Positions 1 to 9,547 of a stretch of 64,000 nt of DNA are shown here, in pieces. Numbering within the stretch: position 1 is the first letter of the stretch; each line of letters opens with the position of its first letter. The stretch spans positions 32,138 to 96,137 of the forward strand of contig JAAXHD010000123.1 of the NCBI GenBank assembly GCA_012271015.1. Direction: 5' to 3'. The stretch comes from Candidatus Poribacteria bacterium (lineage in GTDB: Bacteria > Poribacteria > WGA-4E > WGA-3G). The notes below the pieces were generated by a model. The model did no database searches, was not told the DNA's origin, and saw nothing but the letters and a program-made list of their open reading frames with translations. The position numbers were made by a program, and so were the translations under genes.

Positions 1-1
1 C

Positions 2-328
2 CAGTTAAAATATGGTAAACCGTGTCTTGCGCTCGACTTGATGGAAGAATTCCGCCCTATTATCGCCGACTCTGTTGTCATCACCTTGATCAACAACCGG
101 CGTATTAAGTCAGAGGATTTCACACAATCTCATGGCGGTTGGTATCTCAAGGACCATCGTAGGAAGGTATTCTATGCAGCTTATGAGGCGCGAAAGAATG
201 AGACAATCACACACCCTATGTTTAAGTATAAACTGACGTTTCGCCGTGTGATGGAACTACAAGTGCGCTTACTGGCGAAGTATCTGACAGGTGAAATTGA
301 GCAGTATACGCCATTGATAGTTCGGTAA
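2..328 (+). CDS. cas1: CRISPR-associated endonuclease Cas1, C-terminal part (5' end lies outside the window)
   Basis: The reading frame is open from the window edge (..QLKYGKPCLALDLMEEFRPIIADSVVITLINN..), which is Cas1 C-terminal-like. It lies directly upstream of cas2 and the CRISPR array. Confidence 0.75.
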   Translation, partial: QLKYGKPCLALDLMEEFRPIIADSVVITLINNRRIKSEDFTQSHGGWYLKDHRRKVFYAAYEARKNETITHPMFKYKLTFRRVMELQVRLLAKYLTGEIEQYTPLIVR

Positions 329-470
329 GACCAGAAACCTACAAGCGTGACAAAAAAGAGAATTAGGGAATGCCGGACTGGAAGAATAGATGGAACTTCC
401 ACCTCTCCATCTTTCTAATCTTCCAGCCTATATGGACTTTGGAAGTGGGCGCTTAATGAGGAGTCCCTAA

Positions 471-743
471 ATGCATTACACAGTTGCTTACGATATTACA
501 GATGACAAACGCCGGAACCGGGTCGCTAAAATCCTCAAAGACTTTGGTACTCGTATCCAATATAGCGTTTTTGAATGTGACACGGATCGCCGCGCCCTGC
601 TACGCTTGCAGAGCCGATTAGAGAAGGCGATTGATTTGCAAGAGGACACGATCACCTTTTACCATCTCTGTACGGCATGTGAGAAACAGATCGATCGGAT
701 CGGTCGAAAAAAAGGGCTTGATAGTCAGTCGTATATTGTGTAA
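471..743 (+). CDS. cas2: CRISPR-associated endoribonuclease Cas2
   Basis: 90-aa protein MHYTVAYDITDDKRRNRVAKILKDFGTRIQYSVFEC..; typical Cas2 N-terminus (YDI.DD.RR.RV...L...G.R.Q.SVFEC). It lies between cas1 and the array. Confidence 0.75.
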   Translation: MHYTVAYDITDDKRRNRVAKILKDFGTRIQYSVFECDTDRRALLRLQSRLEKAIDLQEDTITFYHLCTACEKQIDRIGRKKGLDSQSYIV

Positions 744-929
744 AATTATTTCTATGGGCGAAAGCGGATCAAAAAACCCTTGCTCCTCAAAGAGAGGTGG
801 AAACCGTTATGAGTCGTGCTTTGAACCAATTCATCATGTTTTTCTATGATCTCCATGCCCATGGAAAATTGTCGCGCGCGGAATTGCTGCGGGTTAAAGC
901 ACGTCCGGTAAGACCTCCCATCAAGCGGG

Positions 930-2622
930 GTTGAAATAAGAAGATTCTCGATTACGAGATTGAAACCATAGTCCTTTGCAGGTGCCGCCAACCCCCCAAC
1001 TCAGTTGAAATAAGAAGATTCTCGATTACGAGATTGAAACTCCGTGCGTGTTACTTCCGATGTCTGACCCGCGGCATTGTTGAAATAAGAAGATTCTCGA
1101 TTACGAGATTGAAACTGGGTCTGTGAACGTGGGGCCTCGGTCACCCTCGCGTTGAAATAAGAAGATTCTCGATTACGAGATTGAAACCTGCAGTAATCCT
1201 GCCATCCAGTCGAGGTGTCTTGGTTGAAATAAGAAGATTCTCGATTACGAGATTGAAACTGGTAATGGTAAATTAGGTTTAGTCGCAAGGTCTGGTGGGT
1301 TGAAATAAGAAGATTCTCGATTACGAGATTGAAACTTATAGGTATGACGCATCCTCTGGTGGTTGGGACTTTGGTTGAAATAAGAAGATTCTCGATTACG
1401 AGATTGAAACTTCGGTCATAAGGGTGTATCCAGATGGGATGCCCGCTATGAGAGTTGAAATAAGAAGATTCTCGATTACGAGATTGAAACTAAGTTATAC
1501 TATCCACACATTAACTTTTCTCTTTGGGTTGAAATAAGAAGATTCTCGATTACGAGATTGAAACTGTTCCTGGTGCCCGGCACGCAGGTCAGTCGCGACG
1601 GGTGGGGTTGAAATAAGAAGATTCTCGATTACGAGATTGAAACCTTGTGTGAGTCCGCCGCCACCGCCGCCACCGCCCGGTTGAAATAAGAAGATTCTCG
1701 ATTACGAGATTGAAACCTGCTACCATTGTAACGCCTTCTACGGTTGCCGAGAGTTGAAATAAGAAGATTCTCGATTACGAGATTGAAACTTTTTCAGCGA
1801 AATTCGCAGCAGCCGCCTCTTTAGTATTAGTTGAAATAAGAAGATTCTCGATTACGAGATTGAAACATACATTGAAGTGTAGAACCATCCTCAAACTCAA
1901 AGAGTTGAAATAAGAAGATTCTCGATTACGAGATTGAAACATACGTCAATGTGATGTTATCGCCCGCAGTCACCAAGTTGAAATAAGAAGATTCTCGATT
2001 ACGAGATTGAAACTTCTGGAGGCTCTGTTTCTGGAGGCTCTGCAAGCACGTTGAAATAAGAAGATTCTCGATTACGAGATTGAAACGGGGGTGACGGTGT
2101 AGACACAGTTGACTCTGGTAACGGTTGAAATAAGAAGATTCTCGATTACGAGATTGAAACTCCAGAAATGGTGTTATTGAATGGACACCTCGCGGGAATG
2201 TTGAAATAAGAAGATTCTCGATTACGAGATTGAAACCGATCAGGGTTGTTATCCGTATTGCAGACTAATCCTTTATAGATATGTTGAAATAAGAAGATTC
2301 TCGATTACGAGATTGAAACCTAAAATTAATGAGGGGTGGGGGTTGAAGATTCTCCGTGCCGTTGAAATAAGAAGATTCTCGATTACGAGATTGAAACGAG
2401 AGACAACCTTCCCAACCCGTTTTCGGCAATGCTGTTGAAATAAGAAGATTCTCGATTACGAGATTAAAACGTGCGACCCGAAGATCGCACCTACCTCTCC
2501 ATTTCTAAGTTGAAATAAGAAGATTCTCGATTACGAGATTGAAACATTCTATTTATCAACGTCCTGGTGGTAGATGTGAATGTCCGTTGAAATAAGAAGA
2601 TTCTCGATTACGAGATTGAAGT
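930..2622 (+). CRISPR. CRISPR array with 23 repeats of 37 bp (GTTGAAATAAGAAGATTCTCGATTACGAGATTGAAAC) and 22 spacers of 35-41 bp
   Basis: Direct enumeration of repeats at 930, 1004, 1079, 1151, 1223, 1299, 1374, 1454, 1528, 1607, 1680, 1753, 1840, 1904, 1977, 2050, 2124, 2210, 2283, 2361, 2434, 2509 and 2586. The repeat ends in ATTGAAAC, a type I-B / type III-like 8-nt handle. There is an internal variant at 2434 (..GAGATTAAAAC) and a degenerate terminal repeat at 2586 (..GATTGAAG). The leader (744..929) is on the cas2 side and the degenerate repeat is distal, consistent with transcription on the + strand. Confidence 0.95.
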
Positions 2623-2859
2623 TAACACAATATCATCAAAAAGCAGGTAATTCTAAAATCTACCATAGTTGCGTTCGGAGATGTACAACCATAGGGGTCA
2701 ATTTAGAATTTTCACGGCAGATAGGAGAAACTCTACAAATACCGCCCCTATGGGGCTTAGGTCTAGTGGGTGCCGCTTTTCTACAGAGATATCGTCCCTA
2801 CAGGACTGAAGAAGGGTTTTGGGTAGGCACGGTTTGGATCTAAGACTGGGGCGGTTAGG

Positions 2860-3111
2860 AAACCGCACCATAGGTGTCAATTTGAGAAAATGTGCGTATA
2901 TCTTGTTCCGAAAATCAAGGTATCCAGCAGAGATTTCCTTGGAGAGCATAGCAAAGATCCGGGGCATCTGTTAGAGGTCGTTTCAGTCCCGGAGGGGCGA
3001 CCTCTCTGTAGCAAATATCCTATAAATCCGTTGACCCCCGTAGGGGTGCCATCTCTGGTGGTGCTGCGACAACATCCGCACAAAGCCTTAAATTGACACC
3101 TATGGTGCGTT
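2860..3111. mobile_element. MITE-like element bounded by 21-bp terminal inverted repeats (CACCATAGGTGTCAATTTGAG ... CTTAAATTGACACCTATGGTG), with a partial third copy at 2662..2712
   Basis: The left arm at 2860-2880 and the reverse-complement arm at 3089-3109 match at 20/21 positions. A related direct copy (ataggggtcaatttagaa plus tgcgttcggagatgtacaacc) occurs at 2662-2712, and tgcgttcggagatgcacaacc again at 3109-3129. There is no convincing ORF inside. Confidence 0.4.
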
Positions 3112-3266
3112 CGGAGATGCACAACCTAACAGGTTATGCTACAAAGATAATAACTTGCGTTAAAACAGCAACGAAAACGTAGTCCGTAACGCAGTAGAGG
3201 ACGGCTCCAACGCGAAAATCTTGAAGTTTCAAACCACGTTACTTCTCCGCAAGGAATAATTAAAAA

Positions 3267-4148
3267 ATGAAAATACTTATAACCGGCGCGAGCGGTAGGC
3301 TCGGTGAGTTTGTAATCCGAGAATTGGTGTCAGATCACGCATTAGTGCTGATGTCACGCAGAACACCACCCGCTGAATTCTCGCACCTCCCATTCATCCA
3401 AGGCGATCTGAATACCTTTGAGGACTGCCAGCGTGCTGTTGAAGGTGTGGACGCTATCCAACATCTCGGTGCACAACCCGGTCCCGTCGATCATCCAGAT
3501 TTACGTGCCCGCGCCGCTGAGCAGGGGATCCCCTTCGACGCAACCTTCAAAACGAACATGCTTGGCACTTACTACCTCATGCAAGCCGCAATTGAAGCAG
3601 ATGTCCACACGGTTGTGATGTCCGGAAGCAATTGCGCCTTAGGACACGGCTTTCGGATTAGCAAAACCCACATTCCAGTAGACTACCTCCCTATAGATGA
3701 AGAACACCCGTGCTATCCTGAAGACTCCTATAGTTTCTCTAAACGGTGTGGCGAGGATTTGTTGGCAAGTTACACCCGCGCTTATGGCATCCGAACCTAC
3801 GTTACACGTCCTGCGGGTATCAGCCCAGAAGAACGGAGAAAACAGATGGCGGAAAATGCTAAACCGACAACGGCTTGGACACCGTGGCTCTGGTGTTGGG
3901 TTGGGAGCGAAGATGTCGCAAGTGCACACCGCCTGATTATGGAAAAAGCGGATACGTTACCCGCGCACGATGTCTACTTTTTGAACGCCGACGACACTTC
4001 AGCCTTGGAACCTTCTCAAGAGTTAGTCGAGCGTTTTAAACCCGAATTTCTTCTGAAGGTGAGAACGCTTGAAGGACATCAATCGTTTATTACTTGCGAT
4101 AAACTGAAAAACGCCGTCGGATGGCAACACAAAACATCGTGGCGATAA
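3267..4148 (+). CDS. NAD-dependent epimerase/dehydratase (extended SDR family)
   Basis: N-terminal Rossmann motif ITGASGRLG and catalytic YxxxK (YSFSK). It is preceded by the conserved leader CCGCAAGGAATAATTAAAAAATG. Confidence 0.7.
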   Translation: MKILITGASGRLGEFVIRELVSDHALVLMSRRTPPAEFSHLPFIQGDLNTFEDCQRAVEGVDAIQHLGAQPGPVDHPDLRARAAEQGIPFDATFKTNMLGTYYLMQAAIEADVHTVVMSGSNCALGHGFRISKTHIPVDYLPIDEEHPCYPEDSYSFSKRCGEDLLASYTRAYGIRTYVTRPAGISPEERRKQMAENAKPTTAWTPWLWCWVGSEDVASAHRLIMEKADTLPAHDVYFLNADDTSALEPSQELVERFKPEFLLKVRTLEGHQSFITCDKLKNAVGWQHKTSWR

Positions 4149-4592
4149 TTTCTAATTTTGCTTGCGCGCAGTCAAGGCTATTCGGTAAGAATCTCTTCTT
4201 GTTGGTGCCGCACGCGCCGTTGTTGCGTGCTACGATCTTTGGCTTTTAGAGGAAATATCTTTCTAATTTTGCTTGCGCGCAGTCAAGGCTATTCGGCAAG
4301 AATCTCTTCTTGTTGGTGCCGCACGCGCCGTTGTTGTGTGCTACGATCTTTGGCTTTTAGAGGAAATATCTTTCTAATTTTGCTTGCGCGCAGTCAAGGC
4401 TATTCGGTAAGAATCTCTTCTTGTTGGTGCCGCACGCGCCGTTGTTGCGTGCTACGATCTTTGGCTTTTAGAGGAAATATCTTTCTAATTTTGCTTGCGC
4501 GCAGTCAAGGCTATTCGGCAAGAATCTCTTCTTGTTGGTGCCGCACGCGCCGTTGTTGCGTGCTACGATCTTTGGCTTTTGGAGGAAATATT
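4149..4592. repeat. Four tandem copies of a 111-bp unit in the 5' leader of the downstream oxidoreductase gene
   Basis: Units start at 4149, 4261, 4372 and 4483 (tttctaattttgcttgcgcgcagtcaaggctattcggtaagaatctcttcttgttggtgccgcacgcgccgttgttgcgtgctacgatctttggcttttagaggaaatatc). Each contains the hairpin GCACGC-N9-GCGTGC and ends in an SD-like GAGGAAATAT. Only the last copy is followed by ATG (4593). Confidence 0.9.
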
Positions 4593-5675
4593 ATGTCAAA
4601 CAGTGACAGAGTACGCATCGGTGTTGTCGGTGTCGGGAGTATCTCCGTGCGCGGTATCCTGCCACACCTCACGCAAGACGATGTCCAAGATAGATTACAG
4701 GTAACGGCTGTCTGTGACCCTGTTCCCGGTAGAGCACAAGCGGCCTCTGAAAAATTTAACGTTCCGTATGCGTACGAAACTTATGAAGCCCTCTTAGCAG
4801 ACGGACATGTAGATGCAGTCAGCATCGCATCGCCTATCGGATTGCATTACGAACAGGGAAAACTCGCCATTGAACACGGTCTCCACGCACATTTCAACAA
4901 GACGATGACAACGACTGTCAATGAAGCGGACGCTCTGATCGAATCGGCGGCGCGTAAAGGTGTAAAATTAGTGGCTTCCCCTGGAGAGATGCTCCGTCCG
5001 ATCCATCAAGAAATTCGCAGTCTTATTGCTGACGGTGCTATCGGAACGTTGACATGGGCAGCTGCTGGTTCCGCCTTTGGAAGATACCACGAAAACGAAT
5101 CCGTTAGACATGGTGACGATCCCCTCTCCAATATCAATCCTGCATGGTATTTCCGCAAACCGGGTGGTGGACCTCTCTATGATATGACTGTCTACGGCTT
5201 GCATACACTGACGGGTATCCTCGGACCTGCGAAACGTGTAACGGCGTTCTCCGGTGTTCGCCTCAAGGAACGCGAATTTCGAGGCGAGATGCTTCCGTGC
5301 GACATGGATGATAACACCTTCATTCTCCTTGACTTCGGCGAAGCATTTTACGGCTTTGTCTACGGTGCTGCTGCCGGTTCTGTCGTCAGAGGTAGGCTGG
5401 CAATTCACGGCACCAATGGCACGATTGAAGGCAACTTGCTGAATGGTAAACCCATTGATGCCCCAGACGGGGAGCTCCCACACGTTGTGGGACCGCATCG
5501 TAGCATCCAAGAATCGCACGTTTATGAGGACATTATGCAGTTGATGGATTGGATTCGCGAGGGTAAACCGACGATTGTCACAGCGGAGCATGCCCGGCAT
5601 GTCATAGAGATCTTCGATGCGGGGTACCGATCCGCGCAAACGGGACAGGCACAAGAGTTACGCACCACATTTTGA
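4593..5675 (+). CDS. Gfo/Idh/MocA family oxidoreductase
   Basis: MSNSDRVRIGVVGVGSISVRG.. is an N-terminal Rossmann fold typical of Gfo/Idh/MocA. GGAGG lies 8 nt upstream of ATG 4593. The upstream part of the 4158 ORF is a translation of the tandem repeat and was rejected. Confidence 0.75.
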   Translation: MSNSDRVRIGVVGVGSISVRGILPHLTQDDVQDRLQVTAVCDPVPGRAQAASEKFNVPYAYETYEALLADGHVDAVSIASPIGLHYEQGKLAIEHGLHAHFNKTMTTTVNEADALIESAARKGVKLVASPGEMLRPIHQEIRSLIADGAIGTLTWAAAGSAFGRYHENESVRHGDDPLSNINPAWYFRKPGGGPLYDMTVYGLHTLTGILGPAKRVTAFSGVRLKEREFRGEMLPCDMDDNTFILLDFGEAFYGFVYGAAAGSVVRGRLAIHGTNGTIEGNLLNGKPIDAPDGELPHVVGPHRSIQESHVYEDIMQLMDWIREGKPTIVTAEHARHVIEIFDAGYRSAQTGQAQELRTTF

Positions 5676-5689
5676 AGGAACAATCCACT

Positions 5690-6640
5690 ATGCCAAAAGC
5701 TTTATGTATCGGTGAACTCCTTATCGACTTTGTCTCCACGACACCTGATGTGACACTCGCCGAAGCCCCAGGATTTGTTAAAGCCCCAGGGGGTGCCCCT
5801 GCGAACGTTGCTGTCGGCTTAGCGAAACTCGGTATGGATGCCGGGTTTATCGGTAAAGTGGGGTCAGATGCGTTCGGAGATTTCCTTCGTGAAACACTCC
5901 AACAAAACAGTGTTAATACCGACTATCTCATCGCAGGTGAAGGGACACGGACGACCTTAGCCTTCGTTGCCACCCGCTCTGACGGTATGAAGGACATCAC
6001 CTTCTATCGACATCCAGGTGCCGACATCCAGCTCGCCGCTGATGAAATCAATACCGATTATATCCAATCGGCGGACTTATTTCACTACGGCTCTGTCAGT
6101 CTTAGCCATTCGCCGAGTCGAGAAGCGACCCTTCACGCAATCCAGGCTGCAAAAGCGGGGGGTGCTATGCTCTCCTACGACCCGAATTTGCGGTTGATGC
6201 TCTGGGATAACGCCAACGATGCCAAGCACTGGATCTGGGAAGTGATACCTTATGCAGATATCGTGAAAATTTCGGAAGAGGAGTGGGAATTCATCACGGA
6301 CGAGGTCGAATTGGCAAATGGAATTGATCGCATTCTTGGACTCGGTGCGAAACTGCTCGTTGTCACGTTAGGCGAACGCGGGTGTTATTACACGAACGGT
6401 TCCGCTGAAGGTTACGTTGATGGTTTTGAAGTTGATGTCGTGGATACACTTGGGGCAGGGGATGCATTCGTCGCGGCGATGCTCACCCAACTGATGCCGC
6501 ATGCAGACCTTACATCGCTCGAAAGTGACCAACTTAACACTATTATGCGATATGCAAACGCCGCAGGAGCGTTGGCAACTCAAAAAGTTGGCGTAATTCC
6601 TGCGTTACCGACTCTTCCCGATATTGAACATTTTCTATAA
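5690..6640 (+). CDS. PfkB-family carbohydrate kinase (fructokinase/ribokinase-like)
   Basis: Contains the GG motif region and the C-terminal DTLGAGDAF anion-hole motif. ATG 5690 has GAAGGAA upstream. The ORF track starts at TTG 5672, overlapping the previous stop codon. Confidence 0.7.
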   Translation: MPKALCIGELLIDFVSTTPDVTLAEAPGFVKAPGGAPANVAVGLAKLGMDAGFIGKVGSDAFGDFLRETLQQNSVNTDYLIAGEGTRTTLAFVATRSDGMKDITFYRHPGADIQLAADEINTDYIQSADLFHYGSVSLSHSPSREATLHAIQAAKAGGAMLSYDPNLRLMLWDNANDAKHWIWEVIPYADIVKISEEEWEFITDEVELANGIDRILGLGAKLLVVTLGERGCYYTNGSAEGYVDGFEVDVVDTLGAGDAFVAAMLTQLMPHADLTSLESDQLNTIMRYANAAGALATQKVGVIPALPTLPDIEHFL

Positions 6641-6669
6641 GAGACGCCCTTCCAGAATCATTCAGTTTT

Positions 6670-7446
6670 TTATTTTCGCCTTGCTTTAACGGTGTACGTG
6701 GGCCAGGAAAAATAGAAGTCATCACCCTCTGGATGAACAGTGTAATATTCTCGTGCCTCATCAGGTGAGAGTTGTGCAAACGCATCACGGACCTCCTGCA
6801 CGACCTCGGGCGGGTTTTTCTCTGGACGTACCCACCAAAGAAACGACATCTGTGCATTTCGGGCATGTGCTGTCCTTTCAAGAGAAAATCCAGCATCCGT
6901 AATCATTGCGTCCCATTGTGACGGTGGATAGCCGTATACGTGCGAGTTATCTCGGAGTGTCTCTACGCGGTTCTGCCATGCTATCAACTTCTCTGATTCC
7001 GGTGAGACAGAATCCGTCATGCAGAAGAGTCCATCTGTCCTTAAAATCCGATGCACCTCGCTTAAGAATGCCCTGACATCCTGAAAGTGATGGGGTGCCA
7101 ATCGACAGGTTACTAAATCCAACGACGCGTCAGCAAACGGCAACGCTTCGGCAGCAGCGACGGAAAACGCAATATTTCTTATCGTTTGTTCTTGCGCCAG
7201 TTCAACCGCCTTCCCGACCATTTCCGGGGTTAGGTCCGTTGCCACAACATGTGCGACTTTCTGGGCAAGTGCGAACGCCGTAAACCCTGTTCCAGTAGCG
7301 ATGTCCAATGTCTGTTCCGTGCCTTTGGGGTCTGCAAAATCGAGGAGGACGTTTAGCGTATCCCCTTCGGCATGCACGCTACTCTGGGCATAGTAATCGG
7401 CATGTTGGCTAAACTGGTCTCGAACTACTGTGTATATGGATTTCAT
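6670..7446 (-). CDS. Class I SAM-dependent methyltransferase (Methyltransf_11-like)
   Basis: LDIATGTGFTAFALAQ motif I (glycine-rich SAM binding). Confidence 0.65.
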   Translation of the reverse strand: MKSIYTVVRDQFSQHADYYAQSSVHAEGDTLNVLLDFADPKGTEQTLDIATGTGFTAFALAQKVAHVVATDLTPEMVGKAVELAQEQTIRNIAFSVAAAEALPFADASLDLVTCRLAPHHFQDVRAFLSEVHRILRTDGLFCMTDSVSPESEKLIAWQNRVETLRDNSHVYGYPPSQWDAMITDAGFSLERTAHARNAQMSFLWWVRPEKNPPEVVQEVRDAFAQLSPDEAREYYTVHPEGDDFYFSWPTYTVKARRK

Positions 7447-7561
7447 ATATCAGTTCTCGGTTATCGGTTATCAGTTCTCGGTTAAAGAGGTTTCGCAAAA
7501 AACCGATTACTGAAAACCAGAACCTATCTCCGAGATACGATTTCAAAAATTTTTCCACTAA

Positions 7562-8665
7562 CTAATTGAAAACGATAACGCCGCGAGCGTTTTCTCCGGC
7601 TTCCATATCCGCAAAAGCCTCATTAATTTGCTCAAGCCGATAGTGGCGTGTAATGAGTTCATCCAGTTTCAATTTGCCTTCTGCGTACAGATTGAGAAGT
7701 TTCGGCATATCCACTCGCGGTTGGCAGGATCCGTAAAATGAACCAATTAATCGTTTCTCACTTGAAACGAAGCGCTGCGCTGGAATGCTAAATTCGGACT
7801 CATGATGTGCCATTCCAACAATGACGGCACTCCCGGCAGGTCGGACCATATCGTAAGCCTGCACAATCGTTTTCGGATTCCCGATGACCTCAAACGCGTA
7901 ATCTACTCCCAAGCCGTCTGTCAACTCACGAACGGCTCCAACCGGATCATTCTCAGCGGCATTGACAACATCCGTTGCCCCGAATTTTTTCGCAAAGTTG
8001 AGTTTCTTCTCAGCAATATCGACAGCGATAATCCGTTCTGCTTGCGCGAGCACTGCCCCTTGGATGGCGTTCAACCCGACACCGCCGGTCCCGATAACCG
8101 CTACAGTGCTGCCGGGCTCAACTTTCGCTGTGTTAAGCACTGCACCGACGCCTGTCGTCACACCACATCCCACGAGTGCGGCTTTCTCTAACGAATAATG
8201 TGGGTCAATTTTGACGAGATTCTGTTGCGGAACAACCATGTATTCCGACATCGTCGCGATCCGTGCCATCTGAAGAATTCCATCACCCGAACTGTTGTGG
8301 AGGCGGTAAGTGCCATCGAGTAGGAATCCGCGAGGCACATCATAACTCTGGCACAGACAGACCCGATCCATCTGGCACATCCGACAACTACCACAATAAC
8401 TCACAAAAGACAAAATCACCGAATCGCCGGGCTGAAAACCGGTTACGCTGTCCCCAACATGTTCAATCACACCAGCTCCCTCGTGCCCGAGGGCAACAGC
8501 CGCGTCGTAGTAGATGGTCCCAGTCACTACGGAAAGGTCAGAATGACAGACGCCACTTGCACCGGTCCGAACGAGAACTTCATTTTCCTTCGGATCATCT
8601 AATTCAAGTTCCTCAACAACGACAGGTTGATTATGTTCATACATGACAGCGGCACGCGTTTTCAT
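7562..8665 (-). CDS. Zinc-dependent alcohol dehydrogenase (MDR family, class III ADH-like)
   Basis: GHEGAGVIEHVGDSV zinc-ligand motif, Cys-rich structural-zinc region, and GxGxxG (IGTGGVG). Confidence 0.75.
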   Translation of the reverse strand: MKTRAAVMYEHNQPVVVEELELDDPKENEVLVRTGASGVCHSDLSVVTGTIYYDAAVALGHEGAGVIEHVGDSVTGFQPGDSVILSFVSYCGSCRMCQMDRVCLCQSYDVPRGFLLDGTYRLHNSSGDGILQMARIATMSEYMVVPQQNLVKIDPHYSLEKAALVGCGVTTGVGAVLNTAKVEPGSTVAVIGTGGVGLNAIQGAVLAQAERIIAVDIAEKKLNFAKKFGATDVVNAAENDPVGAVRELTDGLGVDYAFEVIGNPKTIVQAYDMVRPAGSAVIVGMAHHESEFSIPAQRFVSSEKRLIGSFYGSCQPRVDMPKLLNLYAEGKLKLDELITRHYRLEQINEAFADMEAGENARGVIVFN

Positions 8666-8692
8666 TTTTTACACCCTCTCAACGTAGTGCGC

Positions 8693-9493
8693 TTATAATA
8701 AAGATTCCAGATAATTTCTCGCCTTTCGCATCGAGTCAACCGGATCCGATTCACCTTCATAGACAACCGAGAGACATCCATTATAGTCAACGCCTCGCAA
8801 GATTTCTAAAACGCGAGGGTAATCCAACCATTCCTCTACACCGCTATCAATCTGATAAAATTTCGTACGGACATAGACGGCGTGCGGGGCTGTCTGTTCA
8901 ATACTTGCGTAGCAGTCGTAGCCAGGATGTGGAGAACCTCGATGTCCACTCGCGCCGGGGGACCCTGCATATTGTCCAGTGTCCAAGATATGTGTGAAAT
9001 AGGGATGATCTGTTTCATTCAGGGCGCGTAAAACAGCGGCACCATCGCGTGTAACGTTGTTATGGTTGTGATTCTGTAATCCGACGAGGATTCCTGATTC
9101 ATAGCCGTATTCAGCAACTTCCTTGAAGGCTTCAATCATCGGTGGCCATAAAGTCTCTTCATCCTCACAGTCCTCAGGGACATAAGCGGCAAAGACTCGG
9201 ACAAGCGGGCAACTCATAAAAGCCGCAACGTCAATCCACTGCTTAATATGCGCGACTTGTTCCTGATGTTCGGCGACAGGACGACCAAAGTTGTTGCTAA
9301 TCCCGATATAACCCAATGGTAACCCTTTTCGCGCAAGATCTTTCTTCAGGTCTCGTAGATAGTCTGCATCGGTGGACTCAAACGCACTTGAATGTAACTC
9401 AATAACATCAAAACCGAGATCGTACACGATTTGTGCGAAAGCAGAAGCAGTAGTATTTCTCACATTCAGAGACATCGTCCCTAATTTTATCAT
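8693..9493 (-). CDS. Sugar phosphate isomerase/epimerase (xylose isomerase-like TIM barrel)
   Basis: Length and composition fit the AP-endonuclease-2 / xylose-isomerase-like TIM barrel family (..VIELHSSAFESTDADYLRDLKKDLARKGLP..). Call made by family-level pattern only. Confidence 0.5.
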   Translation of the reverse strand: MIKLGTMSLNVRNTTASAFAQIVYDLGFDVIELHSSAFESTDADYLRDLKKDLARKGLPLGYIGISNNFGRPVAEHQEQVAHIKQWIDVAAFMSCPLVRVFAAYVPEDCEDEETLWPPMIEAFKEVAEYGYESGILVGLQNHNHNNVTRDGAAVLRALNETDHPYFTHILDTGQYAGSPGASGHRGSPHPGYDCYASIEQTAPHAVYVRTKFYQIDSGVEEWLDYPRVLEILRGVDYNGCLSVVYEGESDPVDSMRKARNYLESLL

Positions 9494-9547
9494 AGCGGTG
9501 CTCTCCCTTTTCGTCTTAGTGGTAGGAACACTTTCAAGTACGTTCGT

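Noticed and set aside
1001-1288. 95-aa minus-strand ORF with repetitive FQSRNRESSYFN peptide
   Set aside because: It is simply a translation of the CRISPR repeats and is not a gene.
2580-3122. Small ORFs (87, 89, 81, 68 aa) between the CRISPR array and the epimerase gene
   Set aside because: They overlap one another on both strands inside a repeat/MITE-like region, with no RBS and no recognisable motifs.
4158-4592. N-terminal 145 residues of the 505-aa ORF (MLARSQGYSVRISSCWCRTRRCCVL repeated)
   Set aside because: Translation of the 111-bp tandem repeat. The real oxidoreductase starts at ATG 4593, which has GGAGG upstream.
4968-5654. 228-aa minus-strand ORF
   Set aside because: Antisense to the Gfo/Idh/MocA gene. 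No motifs.
7802-8646. + strand ORFs of 129, 78 and 127 aa
   Set aside because: Antisense within the zinc ADH gene.
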